This document shows positions 27,912 to 32,000 of a DNA stretch of 32,000 bases, piece after piece; position 1 is the stretch's first letter, and each line of letters begins with the position of its first letter. Under the pieces are notes generated by a model, which worked only from the letters and a program-made list of their open reading frames with translations, ran no database searches and was not told where the DNA came from. Made by a program: the position numbers and the translations under genes. Origin of the DNA: Nonlabens ponticola (GTDB lineage: Bacteria; Bacteroidota; Bacteroidia; Flavobacteriales; Flavobacteriaceae). Location: positions 2,760,001-2,792,000 of the forward strand of contig NZ_CP034549.1 in assembly GCF_003966335.1 (NCBI RefSeq), read 5' to 3'.

Positions 27912-29003
27912 ATGCAGATCAGAGATATCACCAGCGCTTTAGAAGAGCTAGCACCGCTACAGTATGCTCAAGATTTTGACAATGTTGGGTTACTGGTAGG
28001 CAATCACCAGGAAAATGTTACAGGAGTTTTAATCACGCTTGACTGTCTAGAATCTGTCGTTGATGAGGCGATTGAGAAAAAGTGTAACCTTATAGTCACC
28101 TTTCACCCAATCATATTTTCTGGACTCAAGCATTTGAGAGAAACAGACTATGTACGACGCACAGTAGTAAAAGCGATCAAGAACAACATCGCCATTTATG
28201 CCACGCACACAGCACTTGATATGGCGCATGGCGGTGTAAGCCACCGCATGGGATCGCAATTACAGCTACAAAATGTCAAAACCCTCATTCCAGAAAATGG
28301 CCTACTACATAAATTATCCATTCACGTACCACAGGATCATTTAGAAATCGTGAGAGAAGCCATCTTTCAAGCAGGTGCAGGAAAGATCAGTAATTATAGC
28401 GATTGCAGTTTTACAACATCTGGCACTGGAACGTTTCAGCCAGGCGAGCAATCGCAGCCATTTTCTGGTAAAAGCGGACAACGATCTACTGTTGATGAAT
28501 ATAATCTGGAAGTAATTTTGCTACCGCATAAAAAGAAGGAGATCCTAAGCGCGATGCAGGACACGCATCCCTATGAAGAAATTTCCTATCAAATCATCAA
28601 GCTAGAAAATGAGTACAATCGCATAGGTATGGGCGCGATTGGTGAGTTACCTAATGCCATCTCGCAAGATGATTTTCTAGCAACGATTAAAAATGTATTT
28701 AATAGTGGCGTGGTAAGGAGCTCGCTTTCGCGAAAGCGTAACATCAAAAAAGTTGCAGTGTTAGGAGGTTCTGGAGCGTTTGCCATAAAAAATGCCCTGC
28801 AAGCTGGTGCAGATGCATTTGTCACAGCAGATCTTAAGTATCACGACTTTTTTCAAGGCGAAAACATCCTGCTATGCGATGTTGGACATTATGAAAGTGA
28901 GCAGTTTACAAAAAACTTATTACAAGAATATCTTACAGAAAAATTTAGTAATTTTGCAATCCTTTGTGCACAGGCACAAACAAACCCAGTTAATTACACA
29001 TAA
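27912..29003 (+). CDS. Nif3-like dinuclear metal centre protein (GTP cyclohydrolase 1 type 2 homologue family)
   Basis: 363 aa. N-terminal DNVGLLVG and LIVTFHPIIF, and C-terminal VTADLKYHD motifs, with an inserted PII-like domain. It contains palindrome copy 7 (SLSRKRN). Confidence 0.88.
   Translation: MQIRDITSALEELAPLQYAQDFDNVGLLVGNHQENVTGVLITLDCLESVVDEAIEKKCNLIVTFHPIIFSGLKHLRETDYVRRTVVKAIKNNIAIYATHTALDMAHGGVSHRMGSQLQLQNVKTLIPENGLLHKLSIHVPQDHLEIVREAIFQAGAGKISNYSDCSFTTSGTGTFQPGEQSQPFSGKSGQRSTVDEYNLEVILLPHKKKEILSAMQDTHPYEEISYQIIKLENEYNRIGMGAIGELPNAISQDDFLATIKNVFNSGVVRSSLSRKRNIKKVAVLGGSGAFAIKNALQAGADAFVTADLKYHDFFQGENILLCDVGHYESEQFTKNLLQEYLTEKFSNFAILCAQAQTNPVNYT
28723..28741. repeat. Palindrome family copy 7: CGCTTTCGCGAAAGCG-TAA (perfect 16-bp core at 28723-28738)
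   Basis: Read directly from the sequence. It lies inside the Nif3-like CDS and is read as SLSRKRN. Confidence 0.95.
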
Positions 29004-29006
29004 CAG

Positions 29007-29786
29007 ATGGCAAAAAAGACCGAGGCGACTGTAGAAGATAAGTTGAGAGAGCTTTATGACCTACAATTAATCGATTCAAGAATTGACGAGATACGCAACG
29101 TACGTGGTGAATTACCTCTTGAAGTTGAAGATCTTGAGGATGAAGTAGAAGGATTGAATACTCGAGTTGCAAAACTTGAAGCACACCTAGAAGAGCTTAA
29201 TGACCAGATCAAAGGGAAGAAAAACCTCATCGAGGAAGCTAAAACCTTGATCAAAAAATATACTGAGCAGCAAAAGAACGTACGTAATAATCGTGAGTTC
29301 AACTCTCTTTCTAAAGAAGTTGAATTTCAAGAGCTGGAAATTGAATTAGCCGAAAAGCACATACGTGAATTTAAAGCACAGATCGAGCAACAAAATGAGG
29401 TCATCGAGGAAAGTAAATCCCGAGTTGGTGAAAGAGCTGAGCACCTCAAGCACAAGAAGGCAGAACTAGAAGAGATTCTTAAGGAGACTCAAAAAGAAGA
29501 AGAAGCGCTGATGAAGATGTCTGCAGATCATGCAAAGTCTATTGAAGAGCGTTTACTTAAAGCTTATACTCGCATACGTACTAATGTTAAGAATGGTCTT
29601 GCAGTAGTGCCTATCGAGCGTGGAGCATCTGGTGGATCCTACTTTACCATACCACCACAGGTACAGGTCGAGATTGCTAGTCGCAAGAAAATCATAGCAG
29701 ATGAGCACAGTGGTCGTATCCTTGTCGATGCAGCACTAGCTCATGAGCAAGCAGAAAAAATGCAAAGCACTTTTTCTAAACTCTAG
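29007..29786 (+). CDS. COG1579/DUF164-type coiled-coil protein with a degenerate (Cys-less) C-terminal zinc-ribbon motif
   Basis: 259 aa with a long coiled coil. The C-terminus GASGGSYFTIPPQ...ADEHSGRILV matches the C4 zinc-ribbon pattern CxxC...CxxCGRIL, but with S, S, D and S at the ligand positions. It has the conserved position downstream of Nif3. Confidence 0.8.
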   Translation: MAKKTEATVEDKLRELYDLQLIDSRIDEIRNVRGELPLEVEDLEDEVEGLNTRVAKLEAHLEELNDQIKGKKNLIEEAKTLIKKYTEQQKNVRNNREFNSLSKEVEFQELEIELAEKHIREFKAQIEQQNEVIEESKSRVGERAEHLKHKKAELEEILKETQKEEEALMKMSADHAKSIEERLLKAYTRIRTNVKNGLAVVPIERGASGGSYFTIPPQVQVEIASRKKIIADEHSGRILVDAALAHEQAEKMQSTFSKL

Positions 29787-29806
29787 AAAAACCGCATAAA
29801 ATTTAC

Positions 29807-29842
29807 AAAGCCCACTAGCCCAGCTAGTGGGCTTTTATTTTA
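29807..29842 (+). terminator. Rho-independent terminator after the Nif3/COG1579 operon
   Basis: 12-bp perfect stem AAAGCCCACTAG (29807-29818) / CTAGTGGGCTTT (29824-29835), a 5-nt loop, then a T-rich tail TTATTTT. Confidence 0.85.
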
Positions 29843-29876
29843 ACCTCAATTTAATAGAGGAGCATAGTTGCCATTC

Positions 29877-29884
29877 TACTTTTG
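29877..29884 (+). promoter_or_regulatory. -7 box TACTTTTG upstream of msrA
   Basis: Exact TAnnTTTG, 16 nt before ATG 29901. Confidence 0.45.
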
Positions 29885-29900
29885 AAATAAATAATTGACA

Positions 29901-30560
29901 ATGAAATTTTTAACCATAATAGCTTTTCTAGCTATAGCAAATAGCTGCAATCAGGATCCTAGCTCAAGTAATGAAAATGTAGCATCAAATGATGAAGAAC
30001 CGATTGAAGTAGCGACCATGCAAGGACGTGAAAAGGCATATTTTGCCAGCGGTTGCTTCTGGTGCGTCGAGGAGATTTATGAGAGTGTAAAAGGCGTTGA
30101 CGAGGCTATTTCTGGGTACAGCGGTGGTACTACCAAAAACCCAACATACGAGCAATCCAATACAGGAAATACTGGTCATGCAGAAGCTAATGAAATTATC
30201 TATGATCCAACCGTAGTAAGTTTTGAAACACTAGTCGATGTGTATTTTGCATCCCAGAACATTGAGCAGGTAAACGGACAAGGACCAGATCGTGGCTCGC
30301 AATATCGTAGTATCGTGTTTTATCAAAACGATGAACAAAAGAAGATCATCAATGACAAGATCGCTCAACTAGAAGCTGATGGCTACGACGTTGCTGCTGA
30401 GGTCAAACCATTCCAGAAATTTTGGGTGGCAGAGGATTATCATCAGGATTATGCAGAACGTAATCCTAGCAACGGATATATTCAAAACGTGTCCATACCT
30501 AGATGGAGAAGATTTGCCAAAGAAATGCCTGAAGTGATCAAAGATGGCGTTAGTCATTAA
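29901..30560 (+). CDS. msrA: Peptide-methionine (S)-S-oxide reductase, lipoprotein form
   Basis: Active-site GCFWCVE and a lipoprotein signal (FLAIANSC). The track start at 29895 is TTG; ATG at 29901 is preferred. Confidence 0.93.
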   Translation: MKFLTIIAFLAIANSCNQDPSSSNENVASNDEEPIEVATMQGREKAYFASGCFWCVEEIYESVKGVDEAISGYSGGTTKNPTYEQSNTGNTGHAEANEIIYDPTVVSFETLVDVYFASQNIEQVNGQGPDRGSQYRSIVFYQNDEQKKIINDKIAQLEADGYDVAAEVKPFQKFWVAEDYHQDYAERNPSNGYIQNVSIPRWRRFAKEMPEVIKDGVSH

Positions 30561-30580
30561 GCAAGTTTCAATAAATTTTA

Positions 30581-30616
30581 AAAAGGGTTTCAAAATAATT
30601 TGAGACCCTTTTTTAT
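30581..30616 (+). terminator. Rho-independent terminator after msrA
   Basis: Stem AAAAGGGTTTCA (30581-30592) / TGAGACCCTTTT (30601-30612), 12 bp with one G.U pair, an 8-nt loop, and a T-run extending to 30616. Confidence 0.8.
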
Positions 30617-30709
30617 CTCAACTCTATTATTGACCGTGGTTCGGCTAATCTTCTAGCATTTGATTATCAATCGTTTCAGCCTTATTTTAAAATAAACTTG
30701 GTCAATAAA

Positions 30710-30717
30710 TAATTTTG
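30710..30717 (+). promoter_or_regulatory. -7 box TAATTTTG upstream of the Asn leader ORF and asnB
   Basis: Exact TAnnTTTG, 17 nt before the leader ATG (30735). Confidence 0.5.
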
Positions 30718-30734
30718 CCTACATTTACCACATC

Positions 30735-30785
30735 ATGAAAAACATGAATAATAATAACGAGAATAATAATCCTTTACTAACGTAA
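30735..30785 (+). CDS. Candidate asparagine-rich leader peptide MKNMNNNNENNNPLLT (16 codons, 8 of them Asn)
   Basis: My own translation: ATG AAA AAC ATG AAT AAT AAT AAC GAG AAT AAT AAT CCT TTA CTA ACG TAA. It lies between a -7 box and a terminator, directly upstream of asnB. Confidence 0.6.
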   Translation: MKNMNNNNENNNPLLT

Positions 30786-30842
30786 GGTAGATCTCGTTGT
30801 TTGCAAAAAATCAAAAGGTCTACTGTAAAGTAGGCCTTTTTT
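30786..30842 (+). promoter_or_regulatory. Candidate attenuator RNA in which an antiterminator (30786-30794 pairing with 30816-30824) competes with a terminator
   Basis: GGUAGAUCU (30786-30794) can pair with AGGUCUACU (30816-30824) over 9 bp (7 Watson-Crick plus 2 G.U). The latter segment is also the 5' arm of the terminator stem. Confidence 0.55.
30813..30842 (+). terminator. Intrinsic terminator between the leader ORF and asnB
   Basis: Stem 30813-30824 (AAAAGGTCTACT) / 30829-30840 (AGTAGGCCTTTT), 12 bp with one G.U pair, a GTAA loop, and a T6 run at 30837-30842. It ends 22 nt before the asnB ATG. Confidence 0.75.
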
Positions 30843-30864
30843 CATTTAAAAAAACCAACCAACC

Positions 30865-32000
30865 ATGTGTGGAATTGTAGCAGTATTTGATCTAAAAAAG
30901 GAAAGCAGTGATCAGCGGGAAAAAGTTCTAGAGCTTTCAAAAAAACTAAGGCATCGAGGACCAGACTGGTCTGGAATCTATTGTGGTGATAATGCCATTC
31001 TCGCTCATGAGCGATTGACCATTGTTGATCCGCAATCTGGCGGACAACCGTTATACAGTCCAGATGGCAAAATAGTGCTTGCGGTGAATGGTGAGATCTA
31101 CAACCATCAAGAAATTAGAGATCGCTATGCAGCCTCTTATAAATTCAAAACAAAATCTGATTGTGAGGTCATCCTGGCTTTGTATCAAGACAAGGGCATG
31201 GATTTTTTAGATGAGCTTACAGGTATGTATGGATTTGCGCTATACGATAGCGACAAAGATATATTCATGGCGGCGCGTGATCATCAAGGGATTATTCCAT
31301 TGTATTATGGCCGCGACGACATGGGTCAACTGTACATTGCTAGCGAGCTTAAGGCGCTAGAAGGTACCTGCAAGGAAATTGCACCATTCCCACCAGGACA
31401 TTATTATACTAGTACGAGCAATGAATTTGTAAAATGGTATGATCGTGACTGGAAAGAGTACAATGCAGTAAAAGATAATACCAGCAGTGTGGCTGATCTT
31501 AAAAAGGCTATGGAAGATAGCGTTCATAGACACCTGATGAGTGACGTACCTTACGGCGTGCTATTGTCTGGTGGTCTGGATAGCTCTATCGTTAGTGCCG
31601 TTGCAAAAAAATATGCCGCACGACGCGTAGAGTCTGGTGACCATGCAGATGCCTGGTGGCCTCAATTACACTCTTTTGCCATAGGACTTGAAGGCAGTCC
31701 AGATCTAGAGGCCGCACAAGTGGTTGCAGATCATATTGGCACCGTGCATCATAGTGTAAACTTTACAATTCAAGAAGGATTAGACGCGGTAAAAGACGTG
31801 ATCTATTATCTTGAAACCTATGATGTAACCACAGTACGGGCATCAACACCTATGTACTTGCTGGCACGAGTGATCAAGTCAATGGGAATCAAGATGGTCC
31901 TTTCTGGTGAAGGAAGTGACGAGATTTTTGGTGGGTATTTATATTTTCACAAGGCACCTAATGCACAGGAATTTCATAAGGAAACAGTACGCAAACTGGA
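30865..32000 (+). CDS. asnB: Asparagine synthase B (glutamine-hydrolysing), N-terminal 378 codons. The 3' end runs off the window.
   Basis: My own translation from ATG 30865: MCGIVAVFDLKK...RLTIVDPQSGGQPL... (Cys2 Ntn-amidotransferase). The PP-loop SGGLDSS is at 31567-31587. It is absent from the track because it is truncated at the window edge. Confidence 0.93.
   Translation, partial: MCGIVAVFDLKKESSDQREKVLELSKKLRHRGPDWSGIYCGDNAILAHERLTIVDPQSGGQPLYSPDGKIVLAVNGEIYNHQEIRDRYAASYKFKTKSDCEVILALYQDKGMDFLDELTGMYGFALYDSDKDIFMAARDHQGIIPLYYGRDDMGQLYIASELKALEGTCKEIAPFPPGHYYTSTSNEFVKWYDRDWKEYNAVKDNTSSVADLKKAMEDSVHRHLMSDVPYGVLLSGGLDSSIVSAVAKKYAARRVESGDHADAWWPQLHSFAIGLEGSPDLEAAQVVADHIGTVHHSVNFTIQEGLDAVKDVIYYLETYDVTTVRASTPMYLLARVIKSMGIKMVLSGEGSDEIFGGYLYFHKAPNAQEFHKETVRKL

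Noticed and set aside
38-28738. Apparent regularity in palindrome spacing (gaps of about 6.6, 2.6, 6.4, 4.5, 2.2 and 6.4 kb).
   Set aside because: Seven points are too few to claim periodicity, and the gaps are not multiples of a common unit. I am treating this as coincidence unless genome-wide data say otherwise.
1-32000. Search for CRISPR arrays, tRNA or rRNA genes, IS elements, integrases, toxin-antitoxin or defence-island architecture.
   Set aside because: There are no direct-repeat arrays and no gap large enough for an RNA gene (the largest non-coding gap is 304 bp and is explained by the asnB leader). I recognised no transposase or integrase motifs, the composition is uniform, and every sizeable ORF is a recognisable housekeeping family.

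Overview
This is a core-chromosome segment of a Bacteroidota genome, most likely family Flavobacteriaceae. The evidence is gene content and synteny (radC-yaaA-rluD-PASTA, rsfS-ftsH-LUD-cdsA-psd, DUF1573), TAnnTTTG -7 promoter boxes, no Shine-Dalgarno sequences, and AT-rich DNA. I could not run a homology search, so all calls rest on motif and family recognition of the translated ORFs. The window is about 93% coding. It holds 33 conventional protein genes plus 2 very short candidate ORFs (a 29-aa membrane peptide and a 16-codon leader peptide), and all the recognisable genes are housekeeping: cell wall, phospholipid, cofactor, translation and central metabolism. Two of them are cut by the window edges and are therefore missing from the supplied ORF track: a minus-strand gene at 1-528 and asnB at 30865-32000. 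I saw no rRNA, tRNA, CRISPR, transposase, integrase or prophage signal. Two observations stand out. (1) A 16-codon ORF that is half asparagine codons (MKNMNNNNENNNPLLT, 30735-30785) sits directly upstream of asparagine synthase asnB. It is followed by mutually exclusive antiterminator and terminator hairpins, which makes it a candidate ribosome-mediated Asn attenuator. (2) A perfect palindrome family (consensus TTACGCTTTCGCGAAAGCGTAA) occurs 7 times in 32 kb. Every copy lies in frame inside a protein-coding gene, all three reading frames are used, and the flank is altered exactly where it would otherwise create a stop codon. Secondary observations are: a recurring TAnnTTTG-N4-ATG geometry implying leaderless mRNAs; a COG1579 zinc-ribbon protein in which all four Cys ligands are replaced; and convergent gene pairs with overlapping 3' ends and no terminator space.
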